Notes under the pieces: model-generated
Seen by the model: only the letters and a program-made list of their open reading frames with translations
Told to the model about the DNA's origin: nothing
Databases searched by the model: none
Program-made: the position numbers and the translations under genes
IMG/VR virus record: IMGVR_UViG_3300030233_000054
Coordinates: 1 to 58,481 of that record
DNA: 58,481 bases
Strand: one strand, 5' to 3'
Origin: a virus
Lineage: Duplodnaviria > Caudoviricetes
Shown: piece after piece, positions 1-8,730 of the stretch
Layout of the letters: each line of letters opens with the position of its first letter
Numbering within the stretch: the stretch's first letter is position 1

Positions 1-100
1 CGATCTTACGGAGATCCAGGTTCTCGTGTTGGCGAAGGAAACCGCACATGCGGTCCTTGGCTGCCTTAAGTTCTTTGTGGCCGGTAAAATTCATCGTCAT
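1..100 (-). CDS. 5' part of hypothetical early protein, truncated by window start (MTMNFTGHKELKAAKDRMCGFLRQHENLDLRKI...)
   Basis: Hand translation; ATG at 98-100 lies just downstream of the 123..302 gene and the frame stays open to base 1. Confidence 0.5.
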   Translation of the reverse strand, partial: MTMNFTGHKELKAAKDRMCGFLRQHENLDLRKI

Positions 101-122
101 CGTTCCATCCCTCGGTTGTTGG

Positions 123-302
123 TTAATTCAGAGCTGGCTCCTGCTTGGCCTTTTTTTGCTTGGCTTCCACGCGCTCGCAGTCCTTTTTCATCACAAACCG
201 GATGTGGGCCGCCTTCGAGCGCCCCATTTCCGCCGCGACCTTCTCTATCCGCTCGTTCAATTCGCTGGTGGCGTGGAAGCCAATCATTTTTTTGTCGCTC
301 AT
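123..302 (-). CDS. Ribbon-helix-helix (Arc/CopG-like) DNA-binding protein
   Basis: MSDKKMIGFHATSELNERIEKVAAEMGRSKAAHIRFVM fits the strand-helix-G-x-S-helix pattern; start taken at ATG 302. Confidence 0.7.
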   Translation of the reverse strand: MSDKKMIGFHATSELNERIEKVAAEMGRSKAAHIRFVMKKDCERVEAKQKKAKQEPALN

Positions 303-303
303 G

Positions 304-340
304 ATGCGATCCAATGTAATGTACATCGCATTAGAGTCAA
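304..340 (-). promoter_or_regulatory. Sigma70-like promoter TTGACT-N16-TACATT overlapped by inverted repeat ATGCGAT-N14-ATCGCAT (candidate operator)
   Basis: Read directly from the sequence; lies between two divergent RHH genes. Confidence 0.55.
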
Positions 341-389
341 ATGTATTTTTAATCTTTTTAAAGGTGGGGTATGGTCCTGCCGATTGCGT

Positions 390-722
390 ATGTCAAAAGA
401 CAAGGTTCCCACTCGCTCCAGCCTCTCCATTCCCCCGGAGATTTACGGTCGCCTCCGCGATGAGGCCGAGCGTTTGGGCTATTCAGCCAACCAACTCACT
501 GCGTCCTTCGTGTCCGCTATGCTAGATATGATCGAAGACGAGGAGCCATCCGTCCCCTGGATTGTGCATGTCGCCAAGGAGAAGCGCGAGTTCGACCAGA
601 AAGCCTCTCCCAAACTCAAGGCAGCAGACGCCGCTCTTACCGGCAAGCGTCAGGAGGCCAAGTACGAGCAGGTAAAACCCAACCTGAAGAGCGCCAAGCT
701 CAACGAAGAGCCCGGCAAGTAG
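390..722 (+). CDS. RHH-type repressor-like protein
   Basis: MSKDKVPTRSSLSIPPEIYGRLRDEAERLGYSANQL; start re-assigned from 48 to ATG 390. Confidence 0.65.
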   Translation: MSKDKVPTRSSLSIPPEIYGRLRDEAERLGYSANQLTASFVSAMLDMIEDEEPSVPWIVHVAKEKREFDQKASPKLKAADAALTGKRQEAKYEQVKPNLKSAKLNEEPGK

Positions 723-879
723 AGTGTTCGACAGGCTGCTCCAAAGCCAGCAGCGCGTGCCTTACCCCCATATCCACGATGTCGTCAGGGTTGATGTCGT
801 GCTTCCTCGCCACCTGTAGCAGCGCCTTGTACAGCTTCCCATCCAGCTTCACCTTCCTGCGTTCGTCCGTCGTTGTCAT
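700..879 (-). CDS. Small RHH-like protein (59 aa, absent from ORF track)
   Basis: Hand translation MTTTDERRKVKLDGKLYKALLQVARKHDINPDDIVDMGVRHALLALEQ...; GAAGGGA purine tract upstream. Confidence 0.55.
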   Translation of the reverse strand: MTTTDERRKVKLDGKLYKALLQVARKHDINPDDIVDMGVRHALLALEQPVEHSTCRALR

Positions 880-1079
880 TTACCCATCCCTTCTTGTTAA
901 GCGCCCCGGCCCGGCAGGCTCTTGGCAAACGCATTCCTTTGACGCTACCAAGTATTTGTGCCTGTCAATCTGATTGCATACAATCTGTGTCTGCTTGACT
1001 ACATCCGTGATTCTGGACTGGCAGCGCGGTTTCATTGGTCCTAGTGTCAGGTGAAATTCCCCTTGGAACAACCTGCTTT

Positions 1080-1099
1080 CGGTATACGCTTGGATACCG
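1080..1099. promoter_or_regulatory. Inverted repeat CGGTAT-N8-ATACCG, candidate operator
   Basis: Seen 15 nt upstream of the 1115 start codon. Confidence 0.35.
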
Positions 1100-1114
1100 T
1101 TGTGAATAACTCCC

Positions 1115-1552
1115 ATGGCCACCTACTCCTACTCCGGCAAACTCCAGACGAAGTGCTCTGACGCCCTTGAGAAAGCCATGCGCAAAGCTGCTCAGGCCCA
1201 GGGCATGGAGCCCAGCGAGTGGCTGCGCCAGTGCGTGGCCACAGCGGTGATTGATCAGGGCATACGCCTGCCGGTGGACTGCCCGGAGAACCCGGCCAAG
1301 GATTCCCCCGAGGGATCGGCCAACCATGTGGTGGACAAGCTCATCGCCAAGGCGCTCCCCCGTGTGCGTGAGGAGCTGGGAGACTACCCGTATCAGGAGC
1401 CCGCCGCCCGGTTCAACGCCCTGATCGCCAAGCTCGAAGAGCTGAACGATCCCAAGCTCTGGAACTACGCGCTGGAAAAGTTCTCCGACCGCACGATGAC
1501 GCCCATGAAACGCCTTCACTACGTGGAGGAGGCGGTGAAGTTCCGGGGCTAA
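1115..1552 (+). CDS. RHH-domain protein with C-terminal extension
   Basis: KLQTKCSDALEKAMRKAAQAQGMEPSEWLRQCV fits the RHH pattern. Confidence 0.6.
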   Translation: MATYSYSGKLQTKCSDALEKAMRKAAQAQGMEPSEWLRQCVATAVIDQGIRLPVDCPENPAKDSPEGSANHVVDKLIAKALPRVREELGDYPYQEPAARFNALIAKLEELNDPKLWNYALEKFSDRTMTPMKRLHYVEEAVKFRG

Positions 1553-1779
1553 GTTTTGGTTTCGCGCCAGTGCCAGATTCGGGTGGCACCCGTTCGATTT
1601 CCGGCATACACCCGGAACATCTTCTTTTCCATGACGCCAGCGTGCACTGCGCGTTGCAGCATTTTCTGCGCGGAAGCTTGAGCCAACCCCCATTCTTCCG
1701 CCCATTGCTGGCTGGTTTTCCAGCCTTTCGGCACGGTTTCTGGCGGGTCCAGTTTCTTGCGGAGTTCATCTAGTTTCAT
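1549..1779 (-). CDS. Small winged-HTH-like protein
   Basis: GWKTSQQWAEEWGLAQASAQKMLQRAV; ATG at 1779 directly follows the phosphoesterase stop. Confidence 0.5.
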   Translation of the reverse strand: MKLDELRKKLDPPETVPKGWKTSQQWAEEWGLAQASAQKMLQRAVHAGVMEKKMFRVYAGNRTGATRIWHWRETKT

Positions 1780-1781
1780 AT

Positions 1782-2759
1782 CTATGCCTTCTGGTTCATC
1801 AACGGCCCGAGCATACTCTGGCCGTTGATGATGGGGTTGTTGATGTGGATGAAATTGCCTTGGGCGCTGAGAATCTGAACGGCATCGCCATGGTTCCAGT
1901 CGGTGGGGCGGGAATGCTGGTAAAGCGGCTGCTTCTTGCACCCGCAGCCCGGGCAGAACGCCGCCCATTCGCCGCCCACCACGCTGGTGGCCGTGGCGTA
2001 GCCCGCCGTGTGCTTGTGGCCGTAGACGATATTTCCGCCCACGTCTTGGGCCATTTGCAGCGGGGCGCTTTTCCCGGTGCGCCAGCCATGGGAGTAGTGG
2101 CATTTCGTCAGCTTCAGCGTGCCGGGAACTTTAACGCCATCATAGCAAACACTCTGGCGATAGTATCTGATGCCGCGATCCTTTAGGTTAAGCAAAAACT
2201 CCGGCGGTTCCCGTTGCCGCATCGCCTCGGCATCGCGCCGGTTCTGCTTGGCCCATTTGACGCACTGGCGCTCGACACGGTACTCGTGGTTGCCCTCCAG
2301 GTAGTGGTACCGCGCCCGTGGTGCCGCCTTCTGGACGGCATCGAGGAAGTGATTCGCCGCCGCTAAGTCCTCTTCGTAGGTGTAATCGGTCTGCGCCACG
2401 TAGCCCAGCGTGTGTTTTTCGTCCAGGAAACCGCCGCAGTCCACGTGGTCGCCCAAAAGGATGATCACGTCCGGGTCAAGCATCTTGATGTCCGCGATAT
2501 AAACCGCCGCCACTACGGGATCAATCATGCATCCGTGCGTGTCCGGGATCATGAACCGCACTTCCTGACGCTTCAAGCTGACCCGCTTGGCGGGCTTGAT
2601 CTGCGCTGGCTTTCTCGCCTTCACGGCCCGCTCCCGGCTCTCGGCCAGGCGAACATTTTCCTTCTCCAAGGCTTTGTTATTTGCCGATAAGGCCTTGATT
2701 TGCCGCTCGTAGTCGGCCATCTTGGTTCGTAGTTGGATGCTGTCGGCCTTCATAGTCAT
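1782..2759 (-). CDS. Calcineurin-like metallophosphoesterase
   Basis: Motifs DTH, GDHVD, GNHE, HG, GHKH; N-terminal coiled coil. Confidence 0.85.
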   Translation of the reverse strand: MTMKADSIQLRTKMADYERQIKALSANNKALEKENVRLAESRERAVKARKPAQIKPAKRVSLKRQEVRFMIPDTHGCMIDPVVAAVYIADIKMLDPDVIILLGDHVDCGGFLDEKHTLGYVAQTDYTYEEDLAAANHFLDAVQKAAPRARYHYLEGNHEYRVERQCVKWAKQNRRDAEAMRQREPPEFLLNLKDRGIRYYRQSVCYDGVKVPGTLKLTKCHYSHGWRTGKSAPLQMAQDVGGNIVYGHKHTAGYATATSVVGGEWAAFCPGCGCKKQPLYQHSRPTDWNHGDAVQILSAQGNFIHINNPIINGQSMLGPLMNQKA

Positions 2760-3007
2760 TCCACGGGCGCGTCTCCGCTGTCGATGTCGAGCGAGGCTTT
2801 CACCGCCCGGGCGACGTCCTCTTTCGTGGCTCGCTGGATTTGAAAGTGATAGTAATTACTGCTCGTGCCGTGCGCCCATTCCACCTCGTACATCACATCT
2901 CCGCCCACCAGGATGCCGGTTACGTGCCCGACCTTGGATCGGTCAATGCGATGCGTGACGGTTTCGCCACGCTTGAATCTCACATCCGCTCGTATTTCGC
3001 TGGCCAT
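2756..3007 (-). CDS. Hypothetical small beta-barrel (SH3-like) protein
   Basis: FKRGETVTHR...GHVTGI...YEVEW; 4-nt overlap with the next gene. Confidence 0.55.
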   Translation of the reverse strand: MASEIRADVRFKRGETVTHRIDRSKVGHVTGILVGGDVMYEVEWAHGTSSNYYHFQIQRATKEDVARAVKASLDIDSGDAPVE

Positions 3008-3061
3008 GGGCAACTCTTCGAAATTATCGAATGGTTCAACTGTTAAGGATTCCTTGACGGT

Positions 3062-4099
3062 TCAGAACACCTTCACCTCGCACACGTCATCGGTCTTCAG
3101 GCCAAGCTCATCGGCAAGTCCGGGCGAAAGGTCCGCCACGCGGTTGGTGCGCTCATGCGGCCCCCAGTCCAGAGGCTTGGCGAAGGCTTTCTTGCCGGTG
3201 CGGGTGTTGGTCACTTCGGCCATTAGTTTGATCAGTTCGCTTTTCGGGATCTTGGTGTAGTCCCAGCGGCAGGCCAGGTACTTGGTGGCGGGGTTCATGC
3301 GCCGCGCCAGACCGGTGGTGCCTTTGGGTTGCTCAGGCAGGAAGTATTCCTCTACCTGTCGCCAGTTCGACGGGAAGACCATCGCCAGGCCCTCGGAGGG
3401 CGTCACACCCGTGTCCTTTGGCCCGCCAAAGGTGGACATCTTGCCCACGGCGTGGAAGCGCGGCTTGTCATCCTTGATCGGAGCGCCTTCTGGAAGCACG
3501 ATGCTGCCGCCTTGGTACTCAGCGAGCAAGTAAGTGAACTCGCGCTTGTCCCATGGCTTGTCCGGGTAAAGGTCAGCCAGAATGCCGTACAACAATTCGC
3601 GGTACTCCCAAAACTGATAGGAGGTCTGGCATCCCCAACTGGAGGTGGAGGACTTGCTGCCATAGTGGTGGTTGATGCCAAACCACCCGTCTTCCTGCCA
3701 ATGCGACTTACGTCCGTCCGGCCCGTCCGGGTCGCGCAACACCTGCACGGTTTCAGCCTGCCGAAAGGCCTTGTACTGGCCCTTGTGGTAACCGGGGCGG
3801 TACTTCCAGATGCCCGGAGCCAGCACGGCGTAAGGCTTGCCCAGTGCCCGGTTCCAGCCCCAGCGGCTCGGATCGACATTGGCATTGAACGCCCGGTGAA
3901 TCTCCGGCGTCACCACAAACCAGGCGTCATCGTAAATGCCAGCATCGTTCTTGCCTGTCAGGCCCATGCTGTCGCGGAAGTAACCGCGCACGCCCAGCAC
4001 CACCACGCCTTCGGCTTGCAGGTTGATGCCCGCCTTCTCCAGCACATAGTGAGTGTGGATGGCGCTCTGTTGGGGGCGGCTCGATGGATGCTTTCTCAT
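3062..4099 (-). CDS. Putative endolysin: YkuD-like Cys peptidase domain plus RlpA-like DPBB domain
   Basis: GINHH...SWGCQT His/Cys motif; C-terminal DWGP...RVADLSPGLADELG RlpA-like signature. Confidence 0.7.
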   Translation of the reverse strand: MRKHPSSRPQQSAIHTHYVLEKAGINLQAEGVVVLGVRGYFRDSMGLTGKNDAGIYDDAWFVVTPEIHRAFNANVDPSRWGWNRALGKPYAVLAPGIWKYRPGYHKGQYKAFRQAETVQVLRDPDGPDGRKSHWQEDGWFGINHHYGSKSSTSSWGCQTSYQFWEYRELLYGILADLYPDKPWDKREFTYLLAEYQGGSIVLPEGAPIKDDKPRFHAVGKMSTFGGPKDTGVTPSEGLAMVFPSNWRQVEEYFLPEQPKGTTGLARRMNPATKYLACRWDYTKIPKSELIKLMAEVTNTRTGKKAFAKPLDWGPHERTNRVADLSPGLADELGLKTDDVCEVKVF

Positions 4100-4102
4100 A
4101 AC

Positions 4103-4846
4103 TTATCGTCTCCGGTCGCGCACGGGCTTGACCTTTGGCTTGGATTCCGTGCGGTAATACTTACGGATGGTTTCTTCCTCGGGTTCGCCGTACAGCGTGG
4201 CTTCCCAGCGGCAGGCAAAAAGGGTGTCTTCTCTGGGTTGTTCAGCCACGTCGTCCAGCGCTAGCTGCGGGTGAATCAGGTACACGCCCTTGTTGCCAAG
4301 CACGCCGAGGCCTTCCAGTTCCGGCATCTGGTTGTAGACTTCGCAAGAAAGCTCGGAGCAAAACCAGCGGTTGCGGGCGTTCATTTTATCGCCCAGCCAG
4401 TTGGCTGCCGCTCCGCCGTCCCTCTTGGTCCAGGCCCGTCCGGCAATCGTGTTCTGGATCGCCAGGGCAAAGATGCTGTGCCAATCGTATTTCTCGCCGA
4501 TGTACTCCTCGGCCTGACGTACAATACGGTTGCCGAGATCCAACGTGTAGTTGGCGGGCCGGGTGAAGAACACTCGCTTGCCAGGCTTCCAGGTCAGAAT
4601 CTCTGCCAGGTCACCATGGTGAACGCCTTGGCCAATATGGCTCTCCACCGTCTCGCCGTTGTATCCGACAATGCCCATGTGGCTCGCCCTCCAGTCCGTG
4701 CCGTACTCCCGCTCCTCGTCGTCTTCCGGGCGCGTGAAGTGACCGATCAGCCGCGTGACCACGCCGGGCGTGTACGTGTAGAGAGCATCACCCGGCAGCG
4801 GCAGGGGGCTTTTGTAGTTGCGGCTCTCTTCTTCGGCAGTGCTCAT
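4103..4846 (-). CDS. Permuted papain-like amidase (YaeF/YiiX, C92-like)
   Basis: PGD...SHMGIV...GEKYD...WFCSEL with His preceding Cys. Confidence 0.75.
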   Translation of the reverse strand: MSTAEEESRNYKSPLPLPGDALYTYTPGVVTRLIGHFTRPEDDEEREYGTDWRASHMGIVGYNGETVESHIGQGVHHGDLAEILTWKPGKRVFFTRPANYTLDLGNRIVRQAEEYIGEKYDWHSIFALAIQNTIAGRAWTKRDGGAAANWLGDKMNARNRWFCSELSCEVYNQMPELEGLGVLGNKGVYLIHPQLALDDVAEQPREDTLFACRWEATLYGEPEEETIRKYYRTESKPKVKPVRDRRR

Positions 4847-5415
4847 CGCGGCAGCAAGATGGTTTTGGCAGCGGTCCCGACGGTCTTCCCGGCGGCTTCT
4901 CCACCGGCCTTCAGGCCCTTCTCTAGCCGGTTGCCTTGGGCGTCGATCACCTCAGGGTCCGGCGCGGCACGCAGCTTGTCAGCCGTGAAGCTACCGCCGC
5001 CGGGCAGCGTGATCTTCACGCCCTCGGCGTTCACGATTTTATTGGACTGGTAGCTGCCTTCAGCCAAGTTGATGTTGGTCCCGTCCGTGGCGCATCCAGC
5101 CAAGGCAAGCAGGCAAAGAAGGCCGCCGATCATCGCCGCGCCGCCTGTGGAAACCGGGGGCTTTGGGCCGTCAGCCTCTTTCTCCACAAGCTCCGGCAGC
5201 GGGCTCCGCACGAGGAAGGCGCACACACCAATGAAAGCCTGCGCCCCGCCAAGCTTCAATAGATTAAGGAACGGTCCCCACTCCGCTAGATTGAAGGCGT
5301 GCGGGTCTACCATAGCTCCAGCAATCGCGCCCGCAAAGCCGGTGATCGCGGCGGCGACTAAGCTGTGTAGCCAAACGCGGGGATTCTTGAATGTTTTGAT
5401 GCTCATAATTTCCAT
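4843..5415 (-). CDS. Holin-like membrane protein with internal lipobox (LAGC)
   Basis: Two N-terminal hydrophobic helices, then LLCLLALAGC; located in the lysis cassette. Confidence 0.55.
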   Translation of the reverse strand: MEIMSIKTFKNPRVWLHSLVAAAITGFAGAIAGAMVDPHAFNLAEWGPFLNLLKLGGAQAFIGVCAFLVRSPLPELVEKEADGPKPPVSTGGAAMIGGLLCLLALAGCATDGTNINLAEGSYQSNKIVNAEGVKITLPGGGSFTADKLRAAPDPEVIDAQGNRLEKGLKAGGEAAGKTVGTAAKTILLPR

Positions 5416-5542
5416 TTCTTTTTCCGGGTTTTACGAATGGTTGTGATGCTCGTCTTGAAAAAGTAGATCGCGGCCACAATCAGGATGACGCCTCCCCACA
5501 CCAGCAGATGGTCGCCAAGCCAGGGGTGGACGCCGTGAAGGG

Positions 5543-5902
5543 TCATTGCAGCTGCCTCAGTCGAATGAGTTCCTGCTTTGTTGGGAGCCGGTCTTGAGTT
5601 TCGTAAAAATCAACAATGATCTCGTAATCGGACATGTAGAATCGGTTGGATTGCATATAAAGTTTGATTTCCTCGAACTTCAGGTCGAGTTCTCTGGTGA
5701 ACCATCTTTTCAAGTTCTCCTCTTGCTCTTTTTCGGCGAGCACGTTTTCCGCCGACGCCGCCCGCTCGTAAAAATGCCAACCTGATCCGCTTAACACCAC
5801 AAAGCCACCAATGACGGCGGCTAGCGGGACAACAACATGCCGGTACAAAACCGTATTGGTCGGCCTCGTCTCGGTTTCGATGATGTGCTCTGAATCGCTC
5901 AC
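5543..5902 (-). CDS. Single-TM membrane protein (lysis cassette)
   Basis: Hydrophobic VVVPLAAVIGGFVVLSG followed by a charged helical tail. Confidence 0.55.
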   Translation of the reverse strand: MSDSEHIIETETRPTNTVLYRHVVVPLAAVIGGFVVLSGSGWHFYERAASAENVLAEKEQEENLKRWFTRELDLKFEEIKLYMQSNRFYMSDYEIIVDFYETQDRLPTKQELIRLRQLQ

Positions 5903-5941
5903 TTAGTTTTCTGGGCTTTGAAGGCGTCGTCGCTCATTGGC

Positions 5942-6292
5942 TTAAATCTCCGGCTCAGGACGGAGGGATTCGAGTTGTTCGGGGGTGATTTCGGTGACGT
6001 CGGCGAGGCGGTCGTCTTCGCCGAGGGTAAGGGCGGCTTCAATGGCTTCGCTCCAAAAAGCGGGGCCGAAGGCGAAGGTGCCGTCTGTCAGCGCGACAGC
6101 GGTGGCGGTGCTGGGCAGCTCCATGGCGCGCAGGCGGGTATGGGCGGTGTCGTCCCAACCGGCGCAGAGGCAGCGGACGGTGCGCGGGCCGTCCGGTGCG
6201 TCGTGGCCGTAGTCATCGCGCAAACCGGGCACATCCGCCAAGAGACTGGCCGGAAATTTGTAAATGCGGGGGGTGTCAGAAAATCCGTTCAT
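5942..6292 (-). CDS. Hypothetical protein
   Basis: Fills the gap after the 6295 gene; natural composition. Confidence 0.55.
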   Translation of the reverse strand: MNGFSDTPRIYKFPASLLADVPGLRDDYGHDAPDGPRTVRCLCAGWDDTAHTRLRAMELPSTATAVALTDGTFAFGPAFWSEAIEAALTLGEDDRLADVTEITPEQLESLRPEPEI

Positions 6293-6294
6293 GA

Positions 6295-7137
6295 TTAGAG
6301 GGCGTTGAGCCAATCTGTCAGCCACTCGCGCTGCGCGGTGGTGATCGTCGTCTCAACAAAAATGTACCCGCGCACCGTCGCGTTTAGGCCGGCCGAAAAC
6401 TCGACGTCATCGGCAGTGTCGAACCTAGAGGTTTCGGGATCACCGCCGGACAGTGTCAGTGCTGACGCCGTTTTGTTGATCCACAGATTACGGCCCGCGC
6501 CGTCCAACCATTGCGCGACAATTGTTTGATCGGCAGTCGTGGGCGTGGGAGTGGTCTGAACGTATAATTCCGCGCCGGTGGCCGTGCCGTCAGTGCTGCG
6601 CGCCAGCAGCAGGGGGTCTCCCGTTGATGTGCCTCTATAATTCAGGAGCACACTGCGCTGGTTGCCGGTAGGGTTGTATTGACTGACGATGGTTTCAATA
6701 GTTGTGGGAGTCGCGCTGGCGAAGGCCAGCCGGGTAAACACGGTTAAATCAACGGCCCCGCCGAGGAAATCCGAAACCGCTGCTGACTGGCTGCTCGCGC
6801 TCGCGAACGTGACGCCATCCGCTCCCCACGTCGGGGAGTTGACCAGGGTTATGTTGTTGGAGGTGAGGCCGCCGAAGCCGATGACGGCGCTGCCGGTGCC
6901 GGTGTTGTACGCGCTCTTGAGGAGGTAGGCGCGGGTGCTGGACCAGAGGCCTTGCTGGCCCAAATAGATGCGGAGCTGGACCGTGCGAGCCAGCGGTGTG
7001 GCCGACGGAGCGGACCCGCCCCAGGACCGGACTTCGCGCCAGTAGGCGGCGGTAGACGCGTCAATGCCGAGGCCCTGAGCCGGAGCGGACGCGGCCAGGC
7101 CCAGTGTGATGAGGAAGACAGTTAAGAGATGCTTCAT
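6295..7137 (-). CDS. Concanavalin/LamG-like fibre or adhesin protein with N-terminal signal peptide
   Basis: MKHLLTVFLITLGLAASAPA|QG; LVNSPTWGADGVTF beta-rich body; start re-assigned to 7137. Confidence 0.55.
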   Translation of the reverse strand: MKHLLTVFLITLGLAASAPAQGLGIDASTAAYWREVRSWGGSAPSATPLARTVQLRIYLGQQGLWSSTRAYLLKSAYNTGTGSAVIGFGGLTSNNITLVNSPTWGADGVTFASASSQSAAVSDFLGGAVDLTVFTRLAFASATPTTIETIVSQYNPTGNQRSVLLNYRGTSTGDPLLLARSTDGTATGAELYVQTTPTPTTADQTIVAQWLDGAGRNLWINKTASALTLSGGDPETSRFDTADDVEFSAGLNATVRGYIFVETTITTAQREWLTDWLNAL

Positions 7138-7141
7138 GGTG

Positions 7142-7993
7142 CTAGCCGAGGTCGGGGACGATGCCGGTGATGACGATTTGCGTGCCGTCGTAGACAAAGA
7201 GGATCAGGTCCACGTCGTCTTCGCCGGTGGAGATATCCACGGTGCCTCCACCACCGAAAGCGGAAACCGCCGGTGAGGCACCGGACGACTGAAGAATCAC
7301 GTCGCGGGCGGTGGAATCTTGGGTGACATAGAGTTGATAGACCTTGCCCACCTGCAGGTTGATCATCGTGAGCGTGACGTCGCCCGTGGCGTCCTCCAGG
7401 TCGATGGGGGCATGGCCGCTGTTGAGCCAGTCAATGTTCGTCGCGGTTACCGGCGAGTTATCAGACACATCGGCCTCGGCAAAGAGGTTGGCCTTGGCAT
7501 CACTCACCGCGCCGTCTTCGATGGCGTCCTCGACAACGTCACCATTGCCGAACGTCACACTCGATGCGCCGGAGAGGTCAACGGCGCCAACCGGATCGAG
7601 CGCCTCCGCCGAATTGATGGCACCAACGATGTCGCCATCTTCCAAATCCAGCTGCGTCCGCATGGCCGCGTAATCCGCCGCGCCGAGCAGGCTCTGTATA
7701 TTCGCGCTTGGAGTGATGGCGCTGTCCGTTAGAAAGACGTGGCCGGTCGCATCGGGAATTGTGACGGTCCTATCTGCGGTCGGATCAGTAACGGTGAGCG
7801 TCGTTTCAAAGTCGTTGGCCGTGGTGCCTTCAAAACGGATGATAACGCCATCCCCAAGGTCGAGGTCGCCCGTCATGGTGCCGCCTCCAGTGGAAAGCGA
7901 CGTGTTGCTCGTCGTCGGGAAGGTTGGTTGCCCGTAAAGGCAAAGTGCCGCAATTGCGGAGATAAACAAAATTGGGAGGAGCGTATTTTTCAT
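7142..7993 (-). CDS. Tail-fibre-like protein with N-terminal signal-like sequence
   Basis: GGTMTGDL and FEGTTANDFETTLTVTDPTADRTVTIPDATG fibre motifs; N-terminus MKNTLLPILFISAIAALCLYG. Confidence 0.6.
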   Translation of the reverse strand: MKNTLLPILFISAIAALCLYGQPTFPTTSNTSLSTGGGTMTGDLDLGDGVIIRFEGTTANDFETTLTVTDPTADRTVTIPDATGHVFLTDSAITPSANIQSLLGAADYAAMRTQLDLEDGDIVGAINSAEALDPVGAVDLSGASSVTFGNGDVVEDAIEDGAVSDAKANLFAEADVSDNSPVTATNIDWLNSGHAPIDLEDATGDVTLTMINLQVGKVYQLYVTQDSTARDVILQSSGASPAVSAFGGGGTVDISTGEDDVDLILFVYDGTQIVITGIVPDLG

Positions 7994-8000
7994 AGAAAGG

Positions 8001-8291
8001 CTACCAATTGTTAGGGTTTCTACGGATCGTGGTGTACTCAACCGTCACCTGCGAAGTGCTGTCGTCGGTGCGTTTGATGGAGACTTCCTTCGCGTTCTTC
8101 TGGATTGAATAGCCGCGCCCAAGCCCGTTCTCTAAAACATGTTCGGTTGTTCCAGGCGCGATGCGAATATCCAAGCTCTGGCCGCTCCGGTTGTTGATGT
8201 AGACTTCATCGCACACTTCATCAGCAAGGGAGACGAACACCGTCCCGCTGGCGGAAGTCTGAATGGTCTTGAGCTTGGTGGTCGTCTTCAT
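8001..8291 (-). CDS. Small beta-rich structural protein
   Basis: Tight operon packing; VYINNRSG beta-strand pattern. Confidence 0.55.
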   Translation of the reverse strand: MKTTTKLKTIQTSASGTVFVSLADEVCDEVYINNRSGQSLDIRIAPGTTEHVLENGLGRGYSIQKNAKEVSIKRTDDSTSQVTVEYTTIRRNPNNW

Positions 8292-8294
8292 GGG

Positions 8295-8729
8295 TTAGGC
8301 TTCTCCTGGGCCAAGGGCGATTTCAGGGTTTCCTTGGGCGTTGTCGTCGATGAAAAGGGTGTGCCATTCGCCGCTGGTCTTGTTCTTGAGTTGCAGGAAA
8401 TCGCCGTCTTCATCGCTCTTGATTCGCAGTGCGCTATCAGCCCCGGCTGTCAAGCTGGCAATCGAAAGGTTGGTGAGGTTTGTTCCGCTGGCGGCGGGTA
8501 AAGTTGCCGGAAACCTGCCGTCAGGAAGCGTTCCGCTCGCCAGATTGCTGGCGTTGAGATCCGAAGACGGCGTGAGCAGGACTTGAATGTTCCCGTCATC
8601 GTCAATAACCCACCGCGCATGCAGTGCCACGCACGGGACTTCGTACGTGTCCACCACCGCCCGCAGCTTTTCGACAACGAAAGTCGTAAGCTTCCGGGCT
8701 TTGTAAAGCGTGTCGAGCAGGTTGGCCAC
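8295..8729 (-). CDS. Fibre-like structural protein
   Basis: LNASNLASGTLPDGRFPATLPAASGTNLTNL fibre-type repeat. Confidence 0.55.
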   Translation of the reverse strand: MANLLDTLYKARKLTTFVVEKLRAVVDTYEVPCVALHARWVIDDDGNIQVLLTPSSDLNASNLASGTLPDGRFPATLPAASGTNLTNLSIASLTAGADSALRIKSDEDGDFLQLKNKTSGEWHTLFIDDNAQGNPEIALGPGEA

Positions 8730-8730
8730 A

